64,000 bases of DNA from positions 1,031,990 to 1,095,989 of the forward strand of contig OY282370.1 of NCBI GenBank assembly GCA_958295745.1, read 5' to 3'. The stretch is from an uncultured Acidimicrobiia bacterium (lineage in GTDB: Bacteria > Actinomycetota > Acidimicrobiia > Spongiisociales > Spongiisociaceae). Under the pieces are notes generated by a model. It had not been told where the DNA came from, did no database searches, and saw nothing but the letters and a program-made list of their open reading frames with translations. Shown one piece after another: positions 26,741 through 37,900 of this stretch (within the stretch, counting starts at the first letter, position 1; each line of letters opens with the position of its first letter). Both the position numbers and the translations under genes were made by a program.

Positions 26741-27057
26741 CCTGGGCGAAGCCCGAAACGCGCCCGAAAAGTCGCGAAAAACGGCGGGTAGCGGCGGCTG
26801 GCGGGGCGGGCGGGATATACAACCATGGGGCGGTCAGGGTTCACAACCGGCCTCTCACCGAGATGGTGGTCGCGAAGAACGGCGGGGCGGATCGAGGGTG
26901 GGTTCCTGGCCGGGGAGCGGGAAACCAAAACCAGAATCAGGCAACAAGAGGCAGACGCACCGTCACCCGTACCACCGCATCACCGGACTTGAGCACTTGA
27001 GCGACAGCCCTATACACGACCTCTAATCCACGGCGTCGCCTGCCGGAGATGGGCTGC

Positions 27058-29736
27058 TCAGGGGGTTGTGATGGTGTTGAGCGCTCGGACGAATAAGGAA
27101 GCCATCTGTGCTCTGGTTACCGGCTGGTCGGGGCAGTACCGGAGGGGGGCGGTGTCGCAGCCCAGGGTCACGCCCGCCCGGTGGAGGCCTTCTATTGCTC
27201 TGGCGGTGGATTCTTCCAAGCCGGCAACGTCGGAGAACAAACCCGTCGGCTGTTCGCCCGCCGCCAGGTTCGGGAAAGCCGCTACCAGCATCCGGGCCAT
27301 ATCGGCGCGGGTTACCACTCCGTCGGGGTTGAACACGCCGTCCACCGGCGGCATGATCCGGTTGGACGCCGCCCACCGGGCGTAGGCTTCGTACCAGGCC
27401 CCTGTCGGGACATCGGTCAGGGGCGCCGGATCGGTCGGAGCAGCAGGAACGGAACCGCCCTGCCGGTGGGTGATCGCCCGGTACAGGAACGCGGCCATCT
27501 GCCGTCTCGCGATCTGATCCTCGGGACAGAACCGGCGGGCTTCGCAACCGACGGTGACACCCCATTCGGCGATCCTCTCGATGTTCGGCTGATGAACGCT
27601 GCCGTCCTCGTCGCAGAACCTGCCCTGACACTCCGGAGCAGCGGACAGAGGGGGAGCAGCCGGCGGAGAAGCAGGATCAGCGGGCGGAGGAACAACAGGC
27701 GGCGGAGAAGGATCAGCGGGCGGCGGCGGAGAAGCAGCCGCGGGAGAGGCAGCCGGCGGAGAAGGATCACCGGACGGCGGCGGAGAAGCAGACGGCGGCG
27801 GAACAACAGGCGGCGGAGGATCCGACGGTGTGCGGTCGTTGTCGGTGATCGTCAACTCAGCGGGAGAAACGATAAACCCTTCAGCCGCGCCGGAGACCCT
27901 TACCGTCTCGGAACCCTCCGCGAAGCTGTCATCGACCACCGCCAAGTCGAAGGTATCCGTACCGCTCGATTGCCCCGCCGTGATCGTCACATCGAAATCG
28001 GCCACCTCGGTGAAATCCTCCACCACTGCGGTGACACCCGCGGCAACACCCGCCACCGACACTGTCACCGTCACGTCCTCCGCCGATGTCCCCGAACCGC
28101 CCCGGAACGCGGCGGTAACCGTCACCGCCCTTACCGGGTCCCCTTCGGCCACAACATCCGGGGACACACTCAAATCGATAAACGACGGGCGGCTGCACGC
28201 TTCGATCCGGCCGTGGTCGGCGACTTCCAGACGGGTGTCCAACTGAGACAACGAGCGGAGCTGGACGGGCAAAGCTCCGGAGAGATAGTTCTCACAGAAA
28301 TAGAACCAGTCCAACTTGCCTTTCCCTTGAGGCGGCGGGGCCAGCCTACCTAACTCAACAGGAATAGAACCCGTAAGACCATTACCATCGAGGAACAACC
28401 GCTTGAGGTTGGTCAAACCACCCAACTCAGCGGGAATAGAACCCGTAAGACCATTACCGTCGAGGACCAACCACTCAAGGTCGGTCAGGTTGCCCAACTC
28501 GGCAGGAATCGAACCCGTAAGATCATTATCATCAAGACGTAAACGTGTGAGGTCGGTCAGGTTGCCCAACTCGGCAGGGATAGACCCCGTAAGACCATTA
28601 CCCTTGAGATTCAACTCCCTGAGGTTGGTCAGGTTGCCCAACTCGGTAGGGATAGACCCCATAAGACCATTATCATTGAGATTCAACTTCAAGAGTCTGG
28701 TCAGGTTGCCCAGATCAGCGGGGATAGAACCCGTAAGACCATTACCATCGAGACCCAAATACTTGAGTTTGGTCAGCTTACCTAGCTCGGCGGGGATAGA
28801 ACTCGTAAGGCCATTACCATCGAGACCCAAATGTGTGAGGTTGGTCAAATCACCCAACTCGGCGGGGATAGAACCCGTAAGACCATTATTGAAAAGAGAC
28901 AAGTACCGGAGATCAGTCTTACCCAACTCAGCAGGAATCGAACCCGTAAGACCATTACTGGAAAGGCCCAAATCCCGGAGGCTGGTCAAATCACCCAGAT
29001 CAGCAGGAATAGAACCCGTAAGACCATTACTGGAAAGGTTCAAATCCCGGAGGTTGGTCAAATCACCCAACTCGGCAGGAATAGAACCCGTAAGACTATT
29101 ATACTTGAGATTCAAATCCACGAGGCTGGTCAAATCACCCAGATCAGCAGGAATAGAACCCGTAAGACTATTATTGGAAAGATACAAACCCCAGAGGTTG
29201 GTCAAATCACCCAACTCGGCAGGAATCGAACCCGTGAGACTATTCCTGGCGAGATCCAACCTCCCGAGGTTGGTCAAATCACCCAGATCAGCAGGAATAG
29301 AACCCGTAAGGCCATTATCGTCAAGAAGCAACTCATTGAGGTTGGTCAAATCACCCAACTCGGCAGGAATAGAGCCCTTGAGATCACTATCGGAAATATC
29401 AACATGGGTCACCCGTTTGGGAGTGGAGCCGACCGTGATACCGTCCCAAGTGGTGATGTCCCCACTCCAGGTGCGTAGTGGATGGTTGGAGCGCAAGCCT
29501 GCATTGAGGGCGTCGTTCGTCCAGTGGTTTCGTATAGCTACCAGGGTTTGGCAGTCAGAGACTAGGCCGGTGTTGGCGGCGGGATCGGCCACGTAGGTCC
29601 CGTCCGAACAGGAAGCCGGATCGAGGGGGGTGATCCCGGGGTCGGTCTGAGCCGCAACAGGCGCGCCCAGAGCGAGGCCCAAACCGCCAACCAGCAAAAC
29701 CACCTTGACCCTGAAAATCCACGACTTCTTGAACAT
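27058..29736 (-). CDS. secreted surface protein: ~16 plant-type leucine-rich repeats + Calx-beta-like domain + Pro-rich linker + two C-terminal SLH domains
   Basis: ORF 27058..29760 with duplicated start MFDKSRGA/MFKKS. Signal LLVGGLGLALGAPVAAQ. 24-aa LRRs of the form LxxLxxLxLxxNxLTGSIPAELGDLTNL. Calx-beta-like block is VVAEGDPVRAVTVTAAF...TFDLAVVDDSFAEGSETVRV. The PPPPVVPPPSASPPPS linker follows. SLH repeats end ...RQMAAFLYRAI and ...VTRAQMASLFVRAL. Confidence 0.75.
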   Translation of the reverse strand: MFKKSWIFRVKVVLLVGGLGLALGAPVAAQTDPGITPLDPASCSDGTYVADPAANTGLVSDCQTLVAIRNHWTNDALNAGLRSNHPLRTWSGDITTWDGITVGSTPKRVTHVDISDSDLKGSIPAELGDLTNLNELLLDDNGLTGSIPADLGDLTNLGRLDLARNSLTGSIPAELGDLTNLWGLYLSNNSLTGSIPADLGDLTSLVDLNLKYNSLTGSIPAELGDLTNLRDLNLSSNGLTGSIPADLGDLTSLRDLGLSSNGLTGSIPAELGKTDLRYLSLFNNGLTGSIPAELGDLTNLTHLGLDGNGLTSSIPAELGKLTKLKYLGLDGNGLTGSIPADLGNLTRLLKLNLNDNGLMGSIPTELGNLTNLRELNLKGNGLTGSIPAELGNLTDLTRLRLDDNDLTGSIPAELGNLTDLEWLVLDGNGLTGSIPAELGGLTNLKRLFLDGNGLTGSIPVELGRLAPPPQGKGKLDWFYFCENYLSGALPVQLRSLSQLDTRLEVADHGRIEACSRPSFIDLSVSPDVVAEGDPVRAVTVTAAFRGGSGTSAEDVTVTVSVAGVAAGVTAVVEDFTEVADFDVTITAGQSSGTDTFDLAVVDDSFAEGSETVRVSGAAEGFIVSPAELTITDNDRTPSDPPPPVVPPPSASPPPSGDPSPPAASPAAASPPPPADPSPPPVVPPPADPASPPAAPPLSAAPECQGRFCDEDGSVHQPNIERIAEWGVTVGCEARRFCPEDQIARRQMAAFLYRAITHRQGGSVPAAPTDPAPLTDVPTGAWYEAYARWAASNRIMPPVDGVFNPDGVVTRADMARMLVAAFPNLAAGEQPTGLFSDVAGLEESTARAIEGLHRAGVTLGCDTAPLRYCPDQPVTRAQMASLFVRALNTITTP

Positions 29737-29774
29737 GGCTCCCCGCGACTTGTCGAACATGGCTCCAAATACTA

Positions 29775-29785
29775 CCCCCCCCCCC
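29775..29785. repeat. homopolymeric C11/G11 tract
   Basis: Eleven consecutive C. Lies 15 nt upstream of the first ATG (29760) and 39 nt upstream of the second ATG (29736) of the LRR/SLH gene, i.e. in its RBS/5'UTR region on the coding strand (as G11). Confidence 0.9.
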
Positions 29786-30022
29786 GGGATTCCAAATCAA
29801 ATCCACCTGCGGGAAGGGCAGGCCGAAGGGTGGACCAAGTGGAGAAGCACCCCCTGACCTGGGATTGATCTGAGGTCCACCCAGGCCGGACATCCCGCCC
29901 TGGTTGAGACAGCAGCGCCTCGTCCGTCCAAGCGGGCGATGCGGTGATCGGCCTCGCAGTCACCGACCGCCGGGCCGGCCGACAGAGTGGGAAAAAAATC
30001 TCGCCGGGGCGGTACGACCCTC

Positions 30023-30052
30023 TTGGCCTATGTCGCACCTTTCCTATATACT
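30023..30052 (+). promoter_or_regulatory. sigma-A-type promoter (TTGGCC - N16/18 - TATATA/TATACT), -10 ending 7 nt before the ATG: predicted leaderless transcript
   Basis: Sequence is tcTTGGCCtatgtcgcacctttccTATATACTaactatcATGgag. No room for an RBS. Confidence 0.5.
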
Positions 30053-30059
30053 AACTATC

Positions 30060-31328
30060 ATGGAGCAACGGAAATATGACTCTAGCCCGATCGGGGCGCT
30101 GCGGGAGGCCTGCCGGCGCGCCGAAGCCGCGGTGGCCTCCCTCAACACCGCGGGGGTGGGTGAGGACCTGTCCGTGGAGGAGTTGGAAGAGCTGGCGGTG
30201 GCGGTGAGGCGGGTCAAGGCCGGGATTGCGGTGTTCGAGTGTTCCTTGACGGGGCGGCTGACCCGGCTGCGGGGTCGGGCGGGCGCGGCCGGGGTGCTGC
30301 GCGACCGGCTGGGTATGACCGGCTACCAGGCCGACCGGATGACCAGGCTGTCCGAGGCGTTGGAGGAGATGCCCAACACCCGGGCCCGGCTCGCCGACGG
30401 GAGCATCACCCTGGCGCATCTCAACACCTTGGCCCGCACCGCCCGGGAATGCGGCGCCCGGGAGGTCGATCAGGACCGGGATCTGCTGGACCGTGCGGCC
30501 CGGACGCCGCCCGACCGGTTCAGCCGCCAGGCCCGGATGTGGGCCGACCGGCGCGCCGCCGACCGGGGCGAGAAGCTGCTGGAGACGCAGCGTTCCCGCC
30601 GTAGAGCGTTCGCCTTCTGGAGCCGGCGCAAACAGATGGGCGTCCTCCACGCCGAACTCGACCCGATACGGTTCGGGCAGATCCGCCAAGCGCTCGATCT
30701 TCACAACGACGCTCTGCGCCGCGCCGACTCGGGACGGGGCGTCCCGCCCGACGAGGTTCGCAACAACGACCAGCGCCGCGCCGACGCCCTGTTCGAGCTG
30801 ATGACCGGCCGTGACGCCGGCGCACTCCACCCCAAACCCGGCATGGCCGGCAAACCGTCCACCAAGCTGATCATCACCGCCGAAGTCGGCCTCATCGACG
30901 GAACCGACCCCGACGGCGCCTGTGAAATCGTCGACACCGGACCCGTGCCCCCGTCGGTTCTCGAACAGCTCTCCCCCGACACCGAGATCAGCGGCGCCCT
31001 GTTCGACCGGAAAGGCAACCCGCTGTGGCTGGGCCGAAGCCGGCGCCTCGCCGCCGCATCCCAGCGCCTCGCCGCCGCCGTCCGCGACCGGGGATGCGTC
31101 TTGTGCGACGCCCCCACCCACCTGACCCAGCTCCACCACATCCGGGACTGGGGCCGCGGCGGGCGCACCGACATCGACAACCTCGCCTCGGTCTGCGGAC
31201 CGGACCACCGCCGCCTCCAGAACCACGGCCTTCGACTCGTCAATACCCCAGGCGGATGGACCACCCGGCCCGGAGACGGACCGCCCGCACCCGCCCTGAC
31301 CGGCCGCCCGGCGAGCAGGCCGCCGTAA
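30060..31328 (+). CDS. DUF222-domain HNH endonuclease (REP13E12-family-like protein)
   Basis: ORF 29904..31328, start at ATG 30060 (MEQRKYDSSPIGALREACRRAEA). The C-terminal end has the HNH motif CVLCDAPTHLTQLHHIRDWGRGGRTDIDNLASVCGPDHRRLQNHG. Confidence 0.75.
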   Translation: MEQRKYDSSPIGALREACRRAEAAVASLNTAGVGEDLSVEELEELAVAVRRVKAGIAVFECSLTGRLTRLRGRAGAAGVLRDRLGMTGYQADRMTRLSEALEEMPNTRARLADGSITLAHLNTLARTARECGAREVDQDRDLLDRAARTPPDRFSRQARMWADRRAADRGEKLLETQRSRRRAFAFWSRRKQMGVLHAELDPIRFGQIRQALDLHNDALRRADSGRGVPPDEVRNNDQRRADALFELMTGRDAGALHPKPGMAGKPSTKLIITAEVGLIDGTDPDGACEIVDTGPVPPSVLEQLSPDTEISGALFDRKGNPLWLGRSRRLAAASQRLAAAVRDRGCVLCDAPTHLTQLHHIRDWGRGGRTDIDNLASVCGPDHRRLQNHGLRLVNTPGGWTTRPGDGPPAPALTGRPASRPP

Positions 31329-31917
31329 ACAACCGGCCGGGAAGCCGTACAACAAGGGAGCGCAAGCCGACATGTCACAGCCCCTCGATACGGTTACAGA
31401 CACAGACAACAAACATCACCGCAAAGTCCGCGGAACGCGGTGATCGAACAGCGAGTCCGGCCCGCAACCCCGCCGGGGGAACCGGGGCCGGGCGAGCAAC
31501 AAGCCAAAACCGAAAACCCAGACCGGGAACCGGGACAGGCCGCCGCGCCCGCCCCGCCCTGAGACCTTGGTGGTGGAGGCGGGGGCGGGCCCTGGGCGAA
31601 GCCCGAAACGCGCCCGAAAAGTCGCGAAAAACGGCGGGATAGCGGCGGCTGGCGGGGGTCGGGATATACAACCATGGGGCAGTCGGGATAACGAGGGTGA
31701 GCGGGAAACACAACCGAGGGGCGAGCGGGATAACAAGGAGCGAGCGGGAAACACAACCATGGGGCGGGCGGGAAACACAACTGACTCTCTCGCCTAGACC
31801 GAGATGGGGATCGGTTGAGTCCAGGGTCGTGGTGTAACGGGGGCGTGGTGAACTGTACCGGGTTCGGTGCAGGTTGGGGTTGCTCGGGTGGGTTGGGAAG
31901 GGTTGGGGGACGTGCTG

Positions 31918-34900
31918 TTACAGGGTTAGCTTGGCTCTTATGGTGGTGTCGTCCAGGGTGGTGTTTAGGGCGTCCTGCCAGGCCCAGACTGTGGTTCCTC
32001 GCCTGTAGGCGGTGGATGATCTTAGGTCGCCGTTTGTGTCGGTTACGGGATCGCTGCTGTCGATCATGCAGGCTTGGGTGCCGGGGCCTGTCTTGCTGAC
32101 CCGGCCTGAGGCGCAGGTTCCGTCGTCGGCGAAGGCGGCGTCTTGGTCGGCGGCGGTGAACAGGTCTACACGGGCGGACCTCACTGGGGCGAAGCCTTCG
32201 GCCCGCACCGATACGACCACGTCTACTTGGCCGCCTTGGAGGGAGGAGGGGTCGGCCTGGATGCTCACCCCGATGGGGCGGGCGATGGTGTGGGAGAGCA
32301 TGCGGGCTATGAACTGGGCCATCTGGGCCCGGGTGACCTTGGCCGCCGGTTTGAAAGCAACCGCTGAGGAACCCCTGGTTACGCCCATCTCGAATATCCG
32401 CCTTATCGCCAGCTGCTCCCGCTCCGAGAGGTCGCCGACATCTTCGAACAGGGTCGGGTCGGGTTCCACGCTGTCCCTGGCGACGCCTCCCTCGCCTACC
32501 GTCACCAGCCCCAGGAAAGCGTCGAGCATGAGGGCCATGTCGGCCCGCGAGATCTCGCCGTGCGGATCGAACTTGTCGCCCCGGCCCGGCATGATTCCCA
32601 GCTGCGCCACCATGTTCATCGCTTCGCGGTCCCGCTCCGACCGGTTGGCTATGTCTACGAATCCCTGATCCTGGGGGGCGGGCAGGGTGATACCCGCCGG
32701 AATCGCCGCCCGGTACAGGAACAGGGCCATCTGCCAGCGGGGGACGATCTCTTCGGGGGCGTATCTGGTGGGGGTCCGCCCCAGGGTGATGCCGTAATAC
32801 CCGATGCAGTTGATGTCCTGCTCGGAGAACCAGCCTGCCACGTCCTGGAAGCCGTACCGCCTCAAAGCCTGACCCACGCAAGCCGTCATCGCAGGCAGGT
32901 CGTCGGCGAACCCGGGCCCGGTACCCCTGCCCACGGCTACCTGATAGGTGCGGGTGGTTATCTTGTCCTCGGCGGTGACCAGCAACGATATGGTCGCCTC
33001 GCCGGTCCCGACCGAGACGTTGTGGCTGCCCGTCGCGATCTTCCCGCCGATCCTGACCGTCGCCTTCGGATGGTTGGGCACCGCCCTCACCTGCACCGTC
33101 CAGACCCTGTTGGAGACCGTGGTCGCGTAGGAAAGCGTGTCCGACGCGAAGACCGGGCTCAACACGCCAGGGGCGATCGCCAGACTCCGCAGGCTCGCAT
33201 CCGTAGATGCTTCCTCCTGTGGCTTTTTGGGATCTTCAGGAGGCGGAGGCCCAGGCGGCTCAGGCGGAGGCGGAGGACCAGGAGGATCAGGCGGAGACGG
33301 AGGATCAGGAGGATCAGGCGGCGACGGCGGATCTTCCGTAGGCGGCGGAGGAGGCTCTTGCGTGGTGACGTCTTTGATCGTCACGCTGGCGTCGCGAACT
33401 TCGAACTTGCCGCCCACGTCGGTGCCGGCGATGCGGATCGACTCGTCGCGCTCGGTCTCCGAGTCCTGGCTGGCTGTCAACTTGAAGGTCCCGGCGGCTT
33501 GCTGGCTCTCCTTGTTGATGGTCACCGTGAAGGTCGACTTGTCCACCTGATAATCGCTCGACATGGCGGTGCCGTCGGCCACCTGTATCTGCACCATCGT
33601 GTTGGCCGCCCACTTGGGACCGTTGCCGAAGGAGGCGGTAACGGTAACCGTCTGGGCGCTGTCCCCCTCGTTCACGGAGCTGCGGTCCGCGCTCAGCAGA
33701 ATTGCGTTCGGGTCGGGGTCGGTGTCTTTGATGTTGACCAGCAACGGGTCGTTGAAAGTGAACTCGGCGGCGGTTCCGGTTACCTTGACCTTGTCGTTCT
33801 CCCCGGCGATGTCGTCGTCCTTGGCGGTCAGAGTGAACGACTCCTGCTTGGAGTTCTCGCCCGCCGGGATGACGATGGTGAAATTGGTCGGGTTGGCCGT
33901 GTAGTCGGTGGCCTGGGTGGACCCTTCGGCGGTGACCTCAACCAATACCGTCACCGGTTCCGTCAGCACCTTGTTATCGGGGAAGGCGGCCGTGATCGTG
34001 ATCGTTTCGATCGTCCCTTCGGAGACCTCGGAATCGTCCGAGCTCAGGTTGATCTTCGTGGGGCGCGCGTCCCCGTCGGTGATCGTCAACGATGTGGGAT
34101 TCACCGTGACCTCCGCCGCCGCCGTGATCGAACCCGTGATCTGCAACGCTTCCGTCTCATCTGCAACGTTGTCGTCCGTCGTGGACAGCATGAACGTCCC
34201 CGACCCCGACGATCCACCCTCCGCGATCACCACATCGAACGTCTCACCACCGACCGGAATCGAATAATCCTCGGCCTGCGCCGTACCCGCACCCACCGAC
34301 ACCGACACCGACGTTTCCGCCTCGACGACACCGCCCATCGGCGCCGTCGCGGTAACCGTCACCGTCCGGTTCGACACCCCCTCATCGATCGAGGTCTGAT
34401 CCCCCGACGTTCCGCTGTCGGCGTCCACGGACAGGTCGATGGTTCCACCGCCGATGATGGTCAACGAAGCCTCGTTGACCGTGAACCCGGTGGCCGTACC
34501 CGTGATCTGCAACGCGTCCGCCTCGGCCACCATATTGTCGGTATAGGTCGTCAGTGTGAAGGTCGCCGAATTCGACCCATCACCCGCTGCGATCACCACA
34601 TCGAAAGTCTCCTGGCCCGACGGAATCGAATAATCCGACCCCTCCGCCGTACCCGCACCCACCGACACCCGAACCGTCGTATTCGACTCCACCGTTCCAC
34701 CCCCGGACACCTTCGCCGTAACCGTCACCGTCCGTCCCGACACCCCTTCGCCGAGCGAGGTCTGATCCTCGTCCGTGCTGCTGTCGGCATCAACCGACAG
34801 ATCGATGGTGGAGTCGGAATCGGTGATCTCGAGCGATGCTGGGCTGACAGTGAGTCCATCCGCGGTGGTGGTACCGCTGATCGACAACACATCCGTCTCG

Positions 34901-37900
34901 CCCGCCACGGTGTCATCCACCGTGTTCAAAGTGAACGTACCCGACTTCGACCCCGCATCCGCCGCGATCGTCACATCGAACGACTCATCACCGGCCGGGA
35001 TCGAATAATCCGACGACTCCGCCGAACCCGCACCCACACTGACCGATATGGTCGTGTCCGACTCCACCGTCCCACCGCCGGATACCGAGGCCGTAACCCT
35101 CACTGTGTTGTTCTCCCCCTCGCCGATCGTGTTCTCCACCTCGGCCGTGGTGCTGTCGGCGTCTACCGACAGCGTGATCGTTCCGGTGTCGGTGATCGTC
35201 AATGACGCCTCGTTGACCGTGAACCCGGTGGCTGTACCTGTGATCTCCAACGCGTCCGCCTCAGCCACCACCGTGTCGGTGATGGTGGTGATCGGGAACG
35301 TACCCGACTTCGACCTCGTACCCGCCGCGATCACCACATCGAAGGTCTCCTGGCCCGACGGGATCGAATAATCCCCCACCTCCGCCGTACCCGCCCCCAC
35401 CGACACCGCCACCGTCGTCTCCGCCTCCACGGTCAAGGACCCGGCCACGGTCGCGGTGACCTTAACCGTCTGGTTGGTCTCCCCCTCGTCGATCGAGGTC
35501 TCCACCTCGGCCGTGGTGCTGTCGGCGTCCGCCGATAGGTCGATAGCCGCCGTATCGGAGTCGTCGATCGTGAGCGAGGCCGAGTTGATCGTCAACCCCG
35601 GCGCGGTGGTGGTACCGCTGATCGACAGGGCGTCCGTCTCCGCCACCACGTCGTCGTTGAGCGTATTCAGAGTGAACGTCCCCGACTCCGACGACGACTC
35701 CCCTGCCGCGATGACCACATCGAACGTTTCCTCACCGTCCGGGATCGAATAATCGGACGACTCCGCCGTATCCGCCCCCACGCTGACCGATATGGTCGTG
35801 TCCGCCTCCACCGTCGCGGGGCCGGGCACCGTTGCCTTCACCGTTACCGTCCGGCCCGATATCCCCTCTCCGATCGAGGTCTGATCCCCCGAGGTTCCGC
35901 CGTCGGCGTCCACCGACAGATCCACCGTCCCCGAATCCGTGATCATCAATGACGCCTCGGTGACATCGAACCCCATAGCATTACCCGTGATCGACAACAC
36001 GTCCGTCTCGGCCACCACGCTGTCCGTGTTGGTGGTCAACTCGAACGTCCCCGTCCCCGACGACTCCCCCGCCGCGATGACCACATCGAACGTCTCATCA
36101 CCGGCCGGGATCGAATAATCCGACGCCTCCGCCGTACCCGCCCCCACCGACACCGACACCGTCGTCTCCGACTCCACCGTCCCCCCGCCGGGCACTGCCG
36201 CGGTAACCGTCACCGTCCGGCCCGATATCCCCTCGCCTATCGAGTCCTGCGCCCCGTCCGTGGTGCTGTCGGCGTCCACCGACAGGTCGACCGTGTTCGA
36301 ATCGACGATGGTCAACGACTTCCCATTGACTGTGAAACCCGAAGCCGTACCGCTGATGTTCAGGGCGTCGTTCTCCGATATCACACTGTCGGTGTTGGTG
36401 GTCAACGTGAACGTCCCCGACTTCGACCCCGTGCCCGCCGCGATCACCAGATCAAACGTTTCCTCACCCGCCGGGATCGAATAATCATCCGCCTCCGCCG
36501 TGCCCGCCCCCACCGACACCGACACCGTGGTGCCCGCCTCCACGGTCAAGGACCCGGCCACGGTTGCGGTGACCGTCACCGTCCGGTTCGATATACCCTC
36601 GGCCATCCTGTCCTGATCACCCGGGGCGCCGCTGTCTACATCCACCGACAGGTCGATGGTCGCGGCATCTGAGTCGCTCAACGTCAGCGAGGCCTGCCCG
36701 ACCGTGATCCCCGCCGCCGTGGTAGTACCGCTGATCGACAGGGCGTCCGTCTCCGCCACCACGTCGTCGTCGAGCGTATTCAGAGTGAACGTCCCGGCCT
36801 TCGTCGATCCGCCTGCCGCTATCACCAGATCGAAGGACTCCTCGCCCACCGGGATCGAGTAATCGGACGCTTCTGCGGTACCCCGCCCCACCGACACCGT
36901 AACCGTCGTCTCCGTCTCCGCCGTCCCCCCGCCGGCCACCGTCGCCGTAACCGTCACCGACCGGTTCGACACACCCTCCCCGATCGTGGTCTGGACGCCG
37001 GAAGCACTGTCGGCGTCCACCGACAGATCTACCGTCCCCGAATCGCTGATCGTCAGCGACGCCCCGTTGACCGTGAATCCCGCTACCGCACCCGTGATCG
37101 ACAGAGCATCGACCTCGGATATCACGGTGTCCGTGTTGGTGGTCAAAGTGAAGGTGGCCGAACCACTGGGCGCGCCCGCCGCGATCGTCACATCGAACGA
37201 CTCCTCACCGGCCGGGATCGAATAATCGGACGACTCCGCCGTACCCGCCCCCACCGTGACGCTCACCGTGGTCTCCGCTTCCGCCGTCCCCCCGCCGGGT
37301 ACGGAGGCGGTAACCGTCACCGACCGGTTCGACACCCCCTCCCCGATCGAAGTCTGATCCCCCGTCTCGCCGCTGTCCACCGACAGACCGATCGTCTTGT
37401 CCGAATCGTCGATCCCCAGCGACACCGAGCCGATCGTGAGCCCCGACAAGGAACTCGAACCGCTGATCGACAAAGCATCCGTCTCGGCCAACACCTTGTC
37501 GTCCGTCGTGGACAGCGGGAAAGTACCCGACCCCGACGTCCCGCCCGCCGCGATCGTCACATCGAACGACTCCTGACCCGAAGGAATGGAATAATCCTCG
37601 GACTCCGCCGTCCCCGCGCCCACCGACACCGTAATCGTCGTGTTCGCCTCCACCGTGTCCCCGCCGGTCACCGTCGCGGTAACCGTCACCGACCGGTTCG
37701 TCACTCCCTCATCGACCGAAGTCTGATCCCCGGGCTTGCTGCCGTCCGCGTCCACCGACAGATCCACCGTCCCCGAATCGTCGATCGTCAAAGAAGCCGA
37801 ATTGATCGTGAAACCGGATGCGGTGGTAGTACCCGTGATGGACAGCGCGTCCACCTCCGCCGTCACACTGTCGGTGTAGGTAGTGATCGTGAACGTCCCC

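Larger units (their letters stand above)
26398..26866 (+). mobile_element. ORF-less copy of a REP13E12-like repeat (promoter leader plus ~380 bp 3' flank, endonuclease ORF absent)
   Basis: High-identity (~95-98%) match to 29985-30060 plus 31341-31810. At the position where the other copy has ATG plus a 1.27 kb ORF, this copy has ATA followed by only 9 bp (ctcgacagg) before the shared 3' flank resumes. Confidence 0.7.
29985..31810 (+). mobile_element. REP13E12-like element: promoter leader + DUF222/HNH endonuclease gene + conserved 3' flank with mini-tandem repeats
   Basis: The first 75 bp and last ~470 bp are near-identical to 26398-26866. The central 1.27 kb is a DUF222-HNH ORF, the architecture of the mycobacterial REP13E12 family. 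Confidence 0.7.

Noticed and set aside
26400-27026. ORFs 26400..27026 (208 aa) and 31025..31642 (205 aa) sharing an identical ~100-aa C-terminal segment
   Set aside because: They are read-through translations of the two copies of the noncoding repeat (Arg/Gly/Pro-rich junk, no start context). The identity reflects DNA repeat identity, not a conserved protein.
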